In this document: in pieces, positions 1-9,801 of the stretch
How the letters are laid out: every line of letters begins with the position of its first letter
How positions within the stretch are numbered: the stretch's first letter is position 1
Assembly: GCA_050014195.1 (NCBI GenBank)
Contig: JBEKDT010000001.1
Location: 1-64,000 of the forward strand
DNA: 64,000 nt
Source of the DNA: Desulfomonilia bacterium
GTDB lineage: Bacteria > Desulfobacterota > Desulfomonilia > UBA1062
Direction of reading: 5' to 3'
The notes under the pieces: generated by a model
What the model saw: the letters and a program-made list of their open reading frames with translations, nothing else
What the model was told of the DNA's origin: nothing
Databases searched by the model: none
Program-made: the position numbers and the translations under genes

Positions 1-467
1 AAGAAGCAGGAAACAATATCCTCCACTATGTGAACCTGCCGTTCCATGAAGCGGGGCACATCTTCTTCAGGCTCTTTGGTGAATTTTTCACTGTTCTGGG
101 CGGGAGCCTGTTCCAGCTTATCATGCCCCTTATCTGTTGTGTTACACTTCTCTTAAAGACAAGGGACCCGTTTGGTGCATCGGTAGCCTTTTGGTGGTTC
201 GGCGAAAACTTTATCGACATGGCGCCCTACATCAACGATGCCCGTGCACTTAAGTTGACGCTCCTGGGTGGAGTGACCGGTAAAGACAGGCCAGGCTTCC
301 ATGACTGGGAGAACATCCTCGGCACACTCGGCATGCTCCCCTATGACCATGCAATCGCTTCAGCCGCCATGTGGCTCGGCCTGATATGCATGATCACAGC
401 CTGCGCCTGGGCAGGGTTCCTGCTCTTCAAGGAATTATCCGTGCTGAGGCAGGGGAGACCCTCCTGA
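1..467 (+). CDS. 3' part of a membrane protein with an HEAGH (HExxH, M50-like) motif; 5' end lies outside the window
   Basis: ORF with LPFHEAGH, LGGSLFQL, GFHDW and hydrophobic helices; near-identical to 9249-9715. Confidence 0.75.
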   Translation, partial: EAGNNILHYVNLPFHEAGHIFFRLFGEFFTVLGGSLFQLIMPLICCVTLLLKTRDPFGASVAFWWFGENFIDMAPYINDARALKLTLLGGVTGKDRPGFHDWENILGTLGMLPYDHAIASAAMWLGLICMITACAWAGFLLFKELSVLRQGRPS

Positions 468-551
468 TGGGAATTACTCCAGAGCCAGTGTAGACTATAG
501 TAAGAAAGCTCTGTTTGATCATACGAAATCCGGACCAATGATTTATCGCAG
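1..551 (+). repeat. Direct repeat copy 1 (pairs with 9249-9801)
   Basis: Manual alignment at offset 9248: 9 substitutions in 1-467, then a small indel near 483 and one substitution near 547. Confidence 0.97.
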
Positions 552-912
552 GAATATTCAGTCTCTCCGGAGCATAATGTTCTTATAGTAATCATTACTT
601 CATCTTGTTCATCGACGAGTAAATTTTATGTTTAGAACTATTCAATGTCGTTAAAGGATTGCTCATGGCACATTATCTTCACTATTATTGAAAGCTTACT
701 CGATCCCAAACCTTATGAACTCAGCACATTCAGCAGTACAATTAGCTCATGAAGTACCCCGGGACTTAGTGCGCATATCGAGCTTAATGCGCAAGATGTA
801 AGAGACGAAACAAGTGTCTCAGAAGGCTAGGTGGAGATATGAAAGCACTCCAGGAATTGACCACCACTCGACATCACGGCAAAGGGCGAGTAATGGCAGG
901 GTGAAGTATTCA

Positions 913-1059
913 GGATTGCATCCTATCGGTGCAACTGATGCGAGGATTGTCATGACTCTAGCCAATGAACTCAGGAGGAGGGGCGGAGGAATCGGCGTCT
1001 GCGGCATCTGTCCCGGTCATGCTCAAGGGGATTCCATATTGATCAAGGTAGAGAAGTAG
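913..1059 (+). pseudogene. C-terminal relic of an acetyl-CoA acetyltransferase (thiolase)
   Basis: [38 protein letters not shown] matches the thiolase GHPxGAxGAR...C(I)GGGQG tail; upstream part absent. Confidence 0.8.
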
Positions 1060-1107
1060 GATGGTGCCTCCCCATATACACGTAAGAAAATATGAGAGGA
1101 AGTAATT

Positions 1108-1167
1108 ATGACGATAAAGACATTTGGTGTTATCGGTGCAGGTCAAATGGGCTATGGCATTGCCTAG
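1108..1167 (+). pseudogene. N-terminal relic of a 3-hydroxyacyl-CoA dehydrogenase
   Basis: SD GAGAGGA, then MTIKTFGVIGAGQMGYGIA-stop (Rossmann GxGxxG; TAG where Gln is expected). Confidence 0.75.
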
Positions 1168-1214
1168 GTTACCTGGAATCCCTGAAAAAGATTTTTCAAT
1201 CATGCAACCGTCCG

Positions 1215-3377
1215 TTAGGTGTGGTTGTAAGTCAGCTTGTATTTCGCCACCTTACGCACTAGAGCCGATTGGCTGATTCCCAAATGGGCGGCAGCCTTTC
1301 TCGTCGTACCGAATTCCCGCAAGGCATTGAGAATGATTTCTTTTTCAAAATGCGCTACGGCAGGTTTATATTTCATTTCCTGGATATAGTCCGGCAGGTC
1401 ATTGGGGGACTCATTACCGTTAAAATCAACAAGTTCTATATGATCAATCAAATCATCCGAACAGGTAATCATACTTCGTTCAACAATGTTCTCTAGTTCT
1501 CGGATGTTACCGGGCCAATCATATTTCAATAATTCAGGAAAGATTTTTTCATCGAAACGCTTGTTCAAGTCATATTTCTTATTGAACAGTTGGGTAAAAT
1601 GAAAGACTAAATCAGGAATTTCCTCTTTTCTTTCCCGCAGAGGAGGAATCGTGATTGGCACGACATTCAGCCGATAAAAAAGATCTTTACGGAAAAGGTT
1701 CTGCGTCACCATGTCCCAGAGGTCGCGATTAGTGGCGGCGATGATGCGGACATCGATTTTCGTAAGCGTATTCCCTCCCAGTTTTGCGATTTCTTTTTTC
1801 TGAATCGTCCGTAAGAGCTTAGATTGCAGTGCCAGAGGCATTTCACCGATTTCGTCCAAAAAAATCGTTCCGCCGTTTGCCGTTTCAAACGCGCCGATTT
1901 TTCCTTTTTTGTTTGCACCAGTAAACGCGCCTGGGTCGTATCCGAATAGCTCCGATTCCATGAGATTCTCGGGAATTGCAGCACAATTAATAGAAATCAT
2001 GGGTCTTTCTTTTCTGAGGCTGTTTTCGTGGAGCATCTCGGCAATGACATCTTTGCCAACGCCCGATTCGCCGAGGAGTAGCACCGTTACATCTATTTTG
2101 CTGAGATTCATGACCAGCTTGATCAAGTCTTTTGATTTCTGCGTTTTGGCGATGTATTTGTTCGATTTCATGATCTGCAATTGTTCTTTATAGTGTTGAC
2201 TTTCGTTTTCAGCCTTCTCCAGCTGTTTTTTGAGACGGTTTAACTCCGTTATGTCGCGGACATTATGCACAATCCGAATAATATTGTTATGATTGTCCGG
2301 AATCGGACTGCTCGTAACCAGGATAGTCTTTCCTGTGTTGACTTCTTGTGAAATGGTGATGGGCTCGCCCTTGAGAATATCAAGGAGAGGGATATCCTGT
2401 TTGAATATACCGCCCTCAAAGAGCTCCTTCATGGTTTTGTGGATCAATTCTTCTTTTTTGATTCCCGTGATCCGCACAAATGCATCGTTTACGCGTAGAA
2501 TTTTTCCAAAATTGTCCGTCAGGTAGATGCCGTCAAAGGACGATTCGATGATGGTATCCAGTTCCCCTTTCAATTCTTTCGTATATTTCAATTCTTCCGA
2601 TATGTTTTCAAAATCAGATATATCCTGGATAATGGCGACGGCGCCGACTGCTTCATTTTTATGCCTTAATTGACTGATGTTGGTTATCAGAATTCTGTTA
2701 TTAAAAAAAAGCTTGTCGCCGAATATCGTCTGGCCTGTATCCATGACGTCCTTCATTTTCAGGGCCAGGTAAATATTCGGTATGGACTGTCCCAAGATGT
2801 CTTTGCTTGATAGATTCAACATTCGCTTTCCGGCGGCATTGATAATCTGGATATGAAGATCTTTGTCGATGGAGATAATGCCGCTATGGGCGGATTGGAG
2901 AACCGTTTGCAATTCTTCATGCAGCATGAGCACCGAACTGAAGCAGGCCCGGACGGTATCCGAAAGGGTAACAAGGCCGGCGATTCGTCCGTCTTCCACA
3001 ACGGGGAGGCTGCCGATGGGGATTCTAAGCAAAGGAAGGATGTTCTCTTGAGGCGCTGTAACCTCTGGATTGATTTTCATCACATCGCGAACGCAGGTAC
3101 TTAGGGCACCTCCCTTATTGATTTCTCTTAAGGCCAGTTTCTGGGTGACGACGCCGATAATGACACTATTGTTATCAACAATTGGTACGGTATCTATATT
3201 ATTTTCAGCGATTATTTTTATGGCATCGGACAGCTTGGCATCTCCTTTCAACGCAATGGGATCTGCCCGCATGAAATCCTTCACTTTGAAATTCATTCCC
3301 GGATATCCGATTCCGGTTTCATTGAAAAAATCCTTGACCTGCTCCAGAAAATCTCTAGCGGTAAGATTGAGTTTCAT
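1215..3377 (-). CDS. Sigma54-dependent activator: CBS pair, PAS-PAS, AAA+, HTH
   Basis: [34 protein letters not shown]; N-terminal CBS-like repeats; start chosen at ATG 3377. Confidence 0.92.
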   Translation of the reverse strand: MKLNLTARDFLEQVKDFFNETGIGYPGMNFKVKDFMRADPIALKGDAKLSDAIKIIAENNIDTVPIVDNNSVIIGVVTQKLALREINKGGALSTCVRDVMKINPEVTAPQENILPLLRIPIGSLPVVEDGRIAGLVTLSDTVRACFSSVLMLHEELQTVLQSAHSGIISIDKDLHIQIINAAGKRMLNLSSKDILGQSIPNIYLALKMKDVMDTGQTIFGDKLFFNNRILITNISQLRHKNEAVGAVAIIQDISDFENISEELKYTKELKGELDTIIESSFDGIYLTDNFGKILRVNDAFVRITGIKKEELIHKTMKELFEGGIFKQDIPLLDILKGEPITISQEVNTGKTILVTSSPIPDNHNNIIRIVHNVRDITELNRLKKQLEKAENESQHYKEQLQIMKSNKYIAKTQKSKDLIKLVMNLSKIDVTVLLLGESGVGKDVIAEMLHENSLRKERPMISINCAAIPENLMESELFGYDPGAFTGANKKGKIGAFETANGGTIFLDEIGEMPLALQSKLLRTIQKKEIAKLGGNTLTKIDVRIIAATNRDLWDMVTQNLFRKDLFYRLNVVPITIPPLRERKEEIPDLVFHFTQLFNKKYDLNKRFDEKIFPELLKYDWPGNIRELENIVERSMITCSDDLIDHIELVDFNGNESPNDLPDYIQEMKYKPAVAHFEKEIILNALREFGTTRKAAAHLGISQSALVRKVAKYKLTYNHT

Positions 3378-3436
3378 GGCCTTTCTTCCCTTCAATCTTG
3401 ATTGTTCTTCTTATAATATCAGTCCTTAACATCTCT

Positions 3437-3515
3437 TGATGCTAAAGAGAATCAATAATTGGTGATTGATTACAAATAGCATCAGATATTGGCTATATGA
3501 GTCTGAAGCGATTCA
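3437..3515. promoter_or_regulatory. Three 18-bp TGA-N12-TCA boxes, candidate enhancer (UAS) sites
   Basis: TGATGCTAAAGAGAATCA (3437), TGATTACAAATAGCATCA (3467), TGAGTCTGAAGCGATTCA (3498); spaced 30 and 31 bp. Confidence 0.6.
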
Positions 3516-3625
3516 AAACGGCCAATCATTAGGGCTTTTTATCAGCGGATTTTGCCAGCCTTATTAAATAATTATGTATTTAAATAAATGAGATAAAGTT
3601 GTAATTAAAATTATCATCGGAGTTG

Positions 3626-3641
3626 TGGCACAGTCTTCGCA
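3626..3641 (+). promoter_or_regulatory. Sigma54 -24/-12 promoter
   Basis: TGGCACAGTCTTCGCA with GG and GC 12 bp apart, divergent from a GAFTGA activator. Confidence 0.8.
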
Positions 3642-3662
3642 GTCAAACTCATCATATCAACA

Positions 3663-3954
3663 AAGTTTATAACCCTCGTCATTAGCAGTGAGGAGAACTT
3701 TGCCCCCGGAGCGGACATTAAAGAGATGATGGATATGGGTCCTGAGGAGGCGCGAGGATTCTACTTCAATAAGACGTATGCGAAGATTGAAAACCTTCTC
3801 ATCCCCACCGCCATGTCAGAGTATGCCTATGGACCTCAAGTCGGGGATGGCGCTAGAGGAGTTGGCCTGGTCGGGTCTATATGTCACAAAGGATCAGAAG
3901 GAAGGAATGAGGGCCTTTGCGGAGAAGAGAAAACCGGAATTTATAGGAAAATAA
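3663..3954 (+). pseudogene. Enoyl-CoA hydratase (crotonase) pseudogene with 5' and internal deletions
   Basis: One frame gives NFAPGADIKEMM...KIENLLIPT; a second frame from 3829 gives MDLKSGMALEELAWSGLYVTKDQKEGMRAFAEKRKPEFIGK-stop; the catalytic middle is missing. Confidence 0.88.
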
Positions 3955-3979
3955 ATACTTATAGCGAAAGGGCAATCTT

Positions 3980-5116
3980 ATGGATTTCAATTTGACGGAT
4001 GAACAAGAGGCGCTGAGGAAAACGGCACGTAAATTTTCAGAACAGGAAATAATCCCCTGCATTCAAGAGTATGACGACAAGGAAGAATTCCCCTGGAAGA
4101 TCATCAGGAAAATGCATGACGTCGGGCTCATGGCGACAGGGGTTCCAGAGGAGTATGGTGGGCCGGGGATCGATATGGTCGGCCAGATGCTGGTTACCGA
4201 GGAGTTGTGTTACGGTGACCTTGGCGTAGGGATCACCATGGCGTCGAGTGCCCTCTTGGCTCCTTGTCCTGTCCTTGTCGGTGGGAACGAAGACCAGAAA
4301 ACGCGCTTTTTCGATGCCTTAAATGGGGGAAAGCTGGCGGCATTCTGCCTGACCGAGCCCGGCGCGGGGTCGGATGTGGCGGCGCTGACGACCACAGCGG
4401 TGAAAAAAGGGGATTACTACATCCTCAATGGGACCAAGCAGTTCATTACGAACGCCGGCGTAGCGGATATGTATGTCGTTTTTGCGACGACTGACAGAAA
4501 CCAGCGTTACAAAGGCATCATCGGCTTCATCGTCGATCGGCACACACCGGGCATCTCCGTCGGACCGGAAGAGAAGAAGATGGGCGTGCACACCTCCGAT
4601 ACGCGGCAGGTCATCTTTGAAGACGTTGCCGTGCCGTTGGCGAATCGCCTGGGAGAGGAAGGCGAGGGGTTTAAGATCTGCATGAAGGCCCTGGATCTCT
4701 CCCGACCCTCCGTAGCGGCGGAAGGCGTCGGGGTCGCGCAGCGGGCTTTCGATATTGCCGTTCAATACTCCAAAGAGAGAACCACCTTCGGACAAACCAT
4801 CTCCAATTATCAGGCCATCCGTTTCATGCTGGCCGATATGGCCATGGAAATCGAGGCGGCAAGATTACTGACGTACAAGGCCTGCTGGTTGGCCATGAAC
4901 GGCCTGCCTTTCTCCCATATTGCGTCGTATGCAAAATGTTTCGCTTCGGATGTGGCGATGCGAGTAACGACAAACGCTGTGCAAATTCTCGGCGGATACG
5001 GCTATCTCAGGGAGTATGGGGTGGAAAAGTTGATGCGTGACGCCAAGGTTATGCAGATTTATGAAGGCACGAATCAGATCCAGAGGGTCGTCATCTCCAA
5101 CCATATTTTCAAGTAA
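3980..5116 (+). CDS. Acyl-CoA (butyryl-CoA-type) dehydrogenase
   Basis: FCLTEPGAGSD, LNGTKQFITN, QILGGYGY, IYEGTNQIQR. Confidence 0.95.
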   Translation: MDFNLTDEQEALRKTARKFSEQEIIPCIQEYDDKEEFPWKIIRKMHDVGLMATGVPEEYGGPGIDMVGQMLVTEELCYGDLGVGITMASSALLAPCPVLVGGNEDQKTRFFDALNGGKLAAFCLTEPGAGSDVAALTTTAVKKGDYYILNGTKQFITNAGVADMYVVFATTDRNQRYKGIIGFIVDRHTPGISVGPEEKKMGVHTSDTRQVIFEDVAVPLANRLGEEGEGFKICMKALDLSRPSVAAEGVGVAQRAFDIAVQYSKERTTFGQTISNYQAIRFMLADMAMEIEAARLLTYKACWLAMNGLPFSHIASYAKCFASDVAMRVTTNAVQILGGYGYLREYGVEKLMRDAKVMQIYEGTNQIQRVVISNHIFK

Positions 5117-5180
5117 CCGGTTTTGTAGCGAGATGTCAAAGAATCAAGAAGCTTGAAATTATAAAACAAGGAGGTACGAC

Positions 5181-6038
5181 ATGGACGTTAAAAAGGTTTG
5201 TGTAATAGGCGCGGGATTGATGGGGAGCGGGATTACACAGGTTTGTGCCCAGGCTGGTTTTGAAGTCGCCATGCGGGACATTGAGCAGCGCTTTGTCGAT
5301 AAAGGAATAAGCATGATCAAGAAGAACCTCGAACGTGATGTGACGAAGGGGAAGCGGACCCAGGCCGACATGGATGCCATTTTGGGCCGGATCAAGCCGA
5401 CTCTCGACCTGAAAGAGGCCGCTCAAGACGCAGACATTGTTGTTGAAGTCGTCACCGAGGTCATGGAGGTGAAGAAGAAGGTTTTCGCGCAACTGGAAGA
5501 GGTCGTAAAGCCGGAGTGTTTGTTCTTCAGCAACACCTCCAGCCTGAGTGTGACTGAGATGGCCGCAGCGACCAAAAGACCTGATAAATTCATCGGCACA
5601 CATTTTTTCAACCCCGTGCCCGTCATGAAACTCCTGGAAATTGTGAAAGGGTATGAAACTTGTGCTGAGACCCTGGCGATTGCGGAGGCCTGGGGCAAAA
5701 AACTGGGGAAAGAAGTCATCGTCGTAATCGACATGGCAGGATTCGCCGTGAATCGTATCACGTCACCTATGCTGAACGAGGCGTTTTTCGCCTTGGGTGA
5801 TGGCGTGGCGAGTGCGGAAGACATCGACAAGGGGATCGTATTTGGATTGAATCATCCCATCGGGCCGCTGGCCCTAGCCGATATGGTGGGCCTTGAAACC
5901 CTCCTCCACGTCATGGAGACCTTTCATGCGGAACTGGGCGATAAGTACCGACCCGCTCCGCTCCTCGTCCAACTGGTGAGAGCGGGCCGCTACGGGCGTA
6001 AGACGGGGAAAGGCGTTTACGATTATACGAAAAAGTAG
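5181..6038 (+). CDS. hbd: 3-hydroxybutyryl-CoA dehydrogenase
   Basis: [33 protein letters not shown]; SD AAGGAGG. Confidence 0.93.
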   Translation: MDVKKVCVIGAGLMGSGITQVCAQAGFEVAMRDIEQRFVDKGISMIKKNLERDVTKGKRTQADMDAILGRIKPTLDLKEAAQDADIVVEVVTEVMEVKKKVFAQLEEVVKPECLFFSNTSSLSVTEMAAATKRPDKFIGTHFFNPVPVMKLLEIVKGYETCAETLAIAEAWGKKLGKEVIVVIDMAGFAVNRITSPMLNEAFFALGDGVASAEDIDKGIVFGLNHPIGPLALADMVGLETLLHVMETFHAELGDKYRPAPLLVQLVRAGRYGRKTGKGVYDYTKK

Positions 6039-6106
6039 CTTGTATAGTTCAATTGTGGAATGATTATGGATAGTTAAGACCATTAAACAAGGAGGGGGGA
6101 GGCGTC

Positions 6107-7573
6107 ATGCCGTTGAAAACTAAGGAAGAATATTTTGACAGTATCAGGCAGTTGAATCTGCCCGTTTATATAATGGGAGAGCGGGTTGCGAACGTGGATC
6201 ATCCTATGATCTGGCCTTCCATCAATTGCGTGGGAGTTACCTACGATCTTGCCCAGGACCCGCTATATGATGATCTTGCAACAGCCACATCGCATATCAC
6301 GGGCAAAAAAATTAACCGGTTCTGTCATATCCATCAAAGTACGGAAGACTTGACGAAGAAAGTGAAACTCCTCCGTCTGATGGGACAGAAGACGGCATCC
6401 TGCTTTCAGCGTTGTGCGGGTCTTGATGTGATGAATTCCCTTAATGCGATAACCTATGAAATGGATGCGGATCTGAAAACGGAATATCACCAGAGATTTC
6501 TAAATTTTTTAAAGAACATGCAGGAAGAGGATCTGGTCTGTGATGCGGCCATGACCGATGCGAAGGGAGATCGCTCCCTGCCTCCGAGCCAGCAGGCGGA
6601 TCCAGACATGTATTTACATGTTGTCAAGAAAGAAGCCAAGGGCATTGTCGTACGGGGTTGCAAAGCCCATCAAACGGGCGCTACCAATTCTCATTGGATA
6701 GCGGTTGTACCAACCACGACTATGAAAGAAGCAGATAAGGATTATGCCGTTGCCTTTGTTACACCATCTAACACTAAGGGGATCACCTATGTTTACGGCC
6801 GCCAGTCCTGTGACACGCGAAAAATTGAAGATGGTGCCATCGATGTTGGAAACCTCAATTTTGGAGGACAAGAGGCATACATAATTTTTGATGATGTTTT
6901 CGTTCCCTGGGAGAATGTTCTCATGTGCGGCGAGACCAAATATTCGGGACGACTTGTTGAAATATTCGCTAATTATCACCGTACCAGCTATGGAGGTTGC
7001 AAGGTCGGCGTTGCCGATGTCCTGATCGGAGCTGCATCATTGATGACAGTATACAATGGTACGGCCAAAGCCTCGCATGTCAAGGACAAGCTGACTGAAA
7101 TGGTTCACCTCGCCGAAACATGCCATGCGTGTGCGCTTGCCGCTCAATCCGAAGGAAGCCGTCACAGTTCCGGAGGCTATCTCGTTAACGGGTTATTGGC
7201 CAATGTCTGTAAACTCAATATTACCAGATTCCCTGCGGAGATTTCGCGTCTAGCTCAGGATCTGGCGGGGGCGGTTATTGGGACAACTCCCTCGGAAAGG
7301 GATCTTGAGATACCTGGTGATGTCGGTAAACTCATGAAGAAGTATTTGAAAGGTGTGGCGGATGTCTCTTGGGAGGACAGGGTCCGCTGCATTCGGTTGA
7401 TTGAGAACATCACGATGGGCACCGGAGCCGTAGCGTTCTTTACGGAGTCGATTCATGGGGCTGGCTCCCCGCAGGCACAGAAAGTGATGATTTCCCGCTA
7501 TAGCAATATGAGTATGAAAGAAAAGCTGGCCAGAAAGATCGCGGGAATTCATAGAGACTCTTATAATAAATAA
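6107..7573 (+). CDS. abfD: 4-hydroxybutyryl-CoA dehydratase / vinylacetyl-CoA isomerase
   Basis: CFQRCAG and YHRTSYGGCK (Cys/Cys/His/Cys Fe-S ligand pattern), MTDAKGDRS, HGAGSPQAQ. Confidence 0.9.
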   Translation: MPLKTKEEYFDSIRQLNLPVYIMGERVANVDHPMIWPSINCVGVTYDLAQDPLYDDLATATSHITGKKINRFCHIHQSTEDLTKKVKLLRLMGQKTASCFQRCAGLDVMNSLNAITYEMDADLKTEYHQRFLNFLKNMQEEDLVCDAAMTDAKGDRSLPPSQQADPDMYLHVVKKEAKGIVVRGCKAHQTGATNSHWIAVVPTTTMKEADKDYAVAFVTPSNTKGITYVYGRQSCDTRKIEDGAIDVGNLNFGGQEAYIIFDDVFVPWENVLMCGETKYSGRLVEIFANYHRTSYGGCKVGVADVLIGAASLMTVYNGTAKASHVKDKLTEMVHLAETCHACALAAQSEGSRHSSGGYLVNGLLANVCKLNITRFPAEISRLAQDLAGAVIGTTPSERDLEIPGDVGKLMKKYLKGVADVSWEDRVRCIRLIENITMGTGAVAFFTESIHGAGSPQAQKVMISRYSNMSMKEKLARKIAGIHRDSYNK

Positions 7574-7643
7574 GAGGCACTCATATTAAAAAATTTAGCC
7601 AGCACATAAAGATCAATTATAAATTGAGAGGAGTATTAGATAC

Positions 7644-8834
7644 ATGTCTAACGATGTAGTTGTTGTGGAAATGGGTAGAACGGCAGTGGGAAGGATGGGA
7701 GGTGGACTTACCAATGTTCCATCCATTGAACTGGCCACCTTTATTATTTCTTCGATTATGAAGAAGGTCAACTTCGATCCGGAGGAGATCGGCGAAGTTA
7801 TTCTAGGTAATGTAGAGAACCGGAGCAATGAATCATGTCTGGCTCGCTGGGCTGGTCAGCGTGCCGGGTTGCCGGTTTCTGTTATCGGATACGGCATCAA
7901 CAAACTGTGCGGGTCCGGTCTGAAGGCTTTGCATAATGCAGCGGATTCAATATTGGCCGGGCGTAATGACGTAGTTTTGGCCGGTGGTGTGGAAAACATG
8001 TCCCAGTATCGATACGCCCTGAATAAAGCCAGGTTCGGGTACCGCATGGGAGACGACATCCTGGTGGATACTCTTATGCAGGTATTGGCGGACAATCCTG
8101 ATCCGCAAAAACGGCCGGCGGCGCAAACGGCGGAAAATTTGGCCAAGCTGTACGATATCACCCGGGAAGATCAGGACATTTTTGCCTACACGAGCCAGCA
8201 GAGGGCCATATCGGCGATCAAGGAAGGAAAGTTCAAAGAAGAGATCATTCCTATTGAGGTGAAGGTCAGCAAGAAACAAACAAAAATCATTGACACGGAT
8301 GAGCACCCCCGTGCGGAAACCACGGTGGAAGGACTCGCCAAGCTGTCCCCCATTGTTCCGGGTGGGACAGTTACGGCCGGCAATGCCTGCGGCATCAATG
8401 ACGGGGCATCCCTCATGATGCTCATGAGTGAGAAGAAGGCCCAGGAGCTAAAGATGAAGCCGATTGCCAAGATCAGGGGGTATGCGTCGGCTGGCGTCGA
8501 AATGCACATCTTCGGAATCGGACCTGCCCCGGCGATAAAGGCCTCATTAAAAAGAGCGAACTTGAATCTGGGCGATATGGGTCTGATTGAGATCAACGAA
8601 GCGTTTGCCGCCCAGGTTATTGCCTGCGAAAAAGAACTGGGGCTGGACCACAACATGGTCAACGTCAACGGTGGCGCCATTGCCTTGGGCCACGCTCTGG
8701 GCAATACGGGGACCAGAATCAGCATTACCCTTCTGAAAGAAATGATCCGCAGAAAATGCAAATACGGCGTCAGCAGCGCATGTATCGGATCAGGATTGGG
8801 CATCGCCGTTGTATGGGAAAACATGGCCATATAA
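7644..8834 (+). CDS. Acetyl-CoA acetyltransferase (thiolase)
   Basis: NKLCGSGL, NEAFAAQ, GGAIALGH, CIGSGLG. Confidence 0.95.
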   Translation: MSNDVVVVEMGRTAVGRMGGGLTNVPSIELATFIISSIMKKVNFDPEEIGEVILGNVENRSNESCLARWAGQRAGLPVSVIGYGINKLCGSGLKALHNAADSILAGRNDVVLAGGVENMSQYRYALNKARFGYRMGDDILVDTLMQVLADNPDPQKRPAAQTAENLAKLYDITREDQDIFAYTSQQRAISAIKEGKFKEEIIPIEVKVSKKQTKIIDTDEHPRAETTVEGLAKLSPIVPGGTVTAGNACGINDGASLMMLMSEKKAQELKMKPIAKIRGYASAGVEMHIFGIGPAPAIKASLKRANLNLGDMGLIEINEAFAAQVIACEKELGLDHNMVNVNGGAIALGHALGNTGTRISITLLKEMIRRKCKYGVSSACIGSGLGIAVVWENMAI

Positions 8835-8837
8835 TGT

Positions 8838-9715
8838 GTGTTTGCCTGCAAATGCAACGTTTGGATGAGGGAGTCGTTCATGGGAAAGATGCCTCAGAAA
8901 CTGGATAAAACACGGAAAGGGTATTATGCGAACGCGTCCATTGCCGCCTTCGGTGCACGGATGCCGGAATTTTCCGGACTTGGCCGGGTGGTCAAGAACA
9001 AAAGCCGGATGGGTTTGTCGAATGCTCTCAGTGCGGGGTTATCTTTGGCAAGATCCATACGAATGAAGAGAAAAATCATATCCGGATCGACGAAAACGTG
9101 GAATCAGGACCCTCATCCCCTGCCGAGACACTGAAGGGTCTGTTCTTTTCCGTAAAGACCGATCCCGATCCCATCATCCTTTCCCTGAAGGCCATCCTCA
9201 TCGCGATTATCCTTATCTGGGGCCTCAAGCTCTTTTTCACCCCCATCGAAGAAGCAGGAAACAATATCCTCCACTATGTGAACCTGCCGTTCCATGAAGC
9301 GGGGCACATCTTCTTCAGGCTCTTTGGTGAATTTTTCACTGTTCTGGGCGGGAGCCTGTTCCAGCTTATCATGCCGCTTACCTGCTGTGTTACACTTCTC
9401 TTAAAGACAAGGGACCCGTTTGGTGCATCGGTAGCCTTTTGGTGGTTCGGCGAAAACTTTATCGACATGGCGCCCTACATCAACGATGCCCGTGCACTTA
9501 AGTTGACGCTCCTGGGTGGAGTGACCGGTAAAGACAGGCCAGGCTTCCATGACTGGGAGAACATCCTCGGCACACTCGGCATGCTCTCCTATGACCATGC
9601 AATCGCTTCAGCCGCCATGTGGCTCGGCCTGATATGCATGATCACAGCCTGCGCCTGGGCGGGCTGCCTGCTCTTCAAGGAATTATCCGTGCTGAAGCAG
9701 GGGAGATCCTCCTGA
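8838..9715 (+). pseudogene. Second copy of the HEAGH membrane protein with a degenerate N-terminus and zinc ribbon
   Basis: Frame of 9098-9715 extends upstream as TWPGGQEQKPDGFVECSQCGVIFGK (first CxxC lost) to a stop at 8906; the further 5' part appears to lie in another frame. Confidence 0.65.
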
Positions 9716-9801
9716 TGGGAATTACTCCAGGGCCCCAGTGTAGACTATAGTAAGAAAGCTCTGTTTGATCATACGAAATCCGGACCAATGATTTATTGCA
9801 G
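9249..9801 (+). repeat. Direct repeat copy 2 (pairs with 1-551)
   Basis: About 98% identical to the window start. Confidence 0.97.

Noticed and set aside
3726-3995. Intact 89-aa protein
   Set aside because: Chimeric reading of a deleted, frameshifted crotonase
6107-7573. 4-hydroxyphenylacetate 3-monooxygenase or an autotrophic 4-hydroxybutyrate cycle
   Set aside because: Fe-S ligand motifs indicate AbfD, and no other carbon-fixation cycle genes are nearby
1-9801. Diversity-generating retroelement TR/VR pair
   Set aside because: Differences between the copies are not adenine-specific and no reverse transcriptase is in the window
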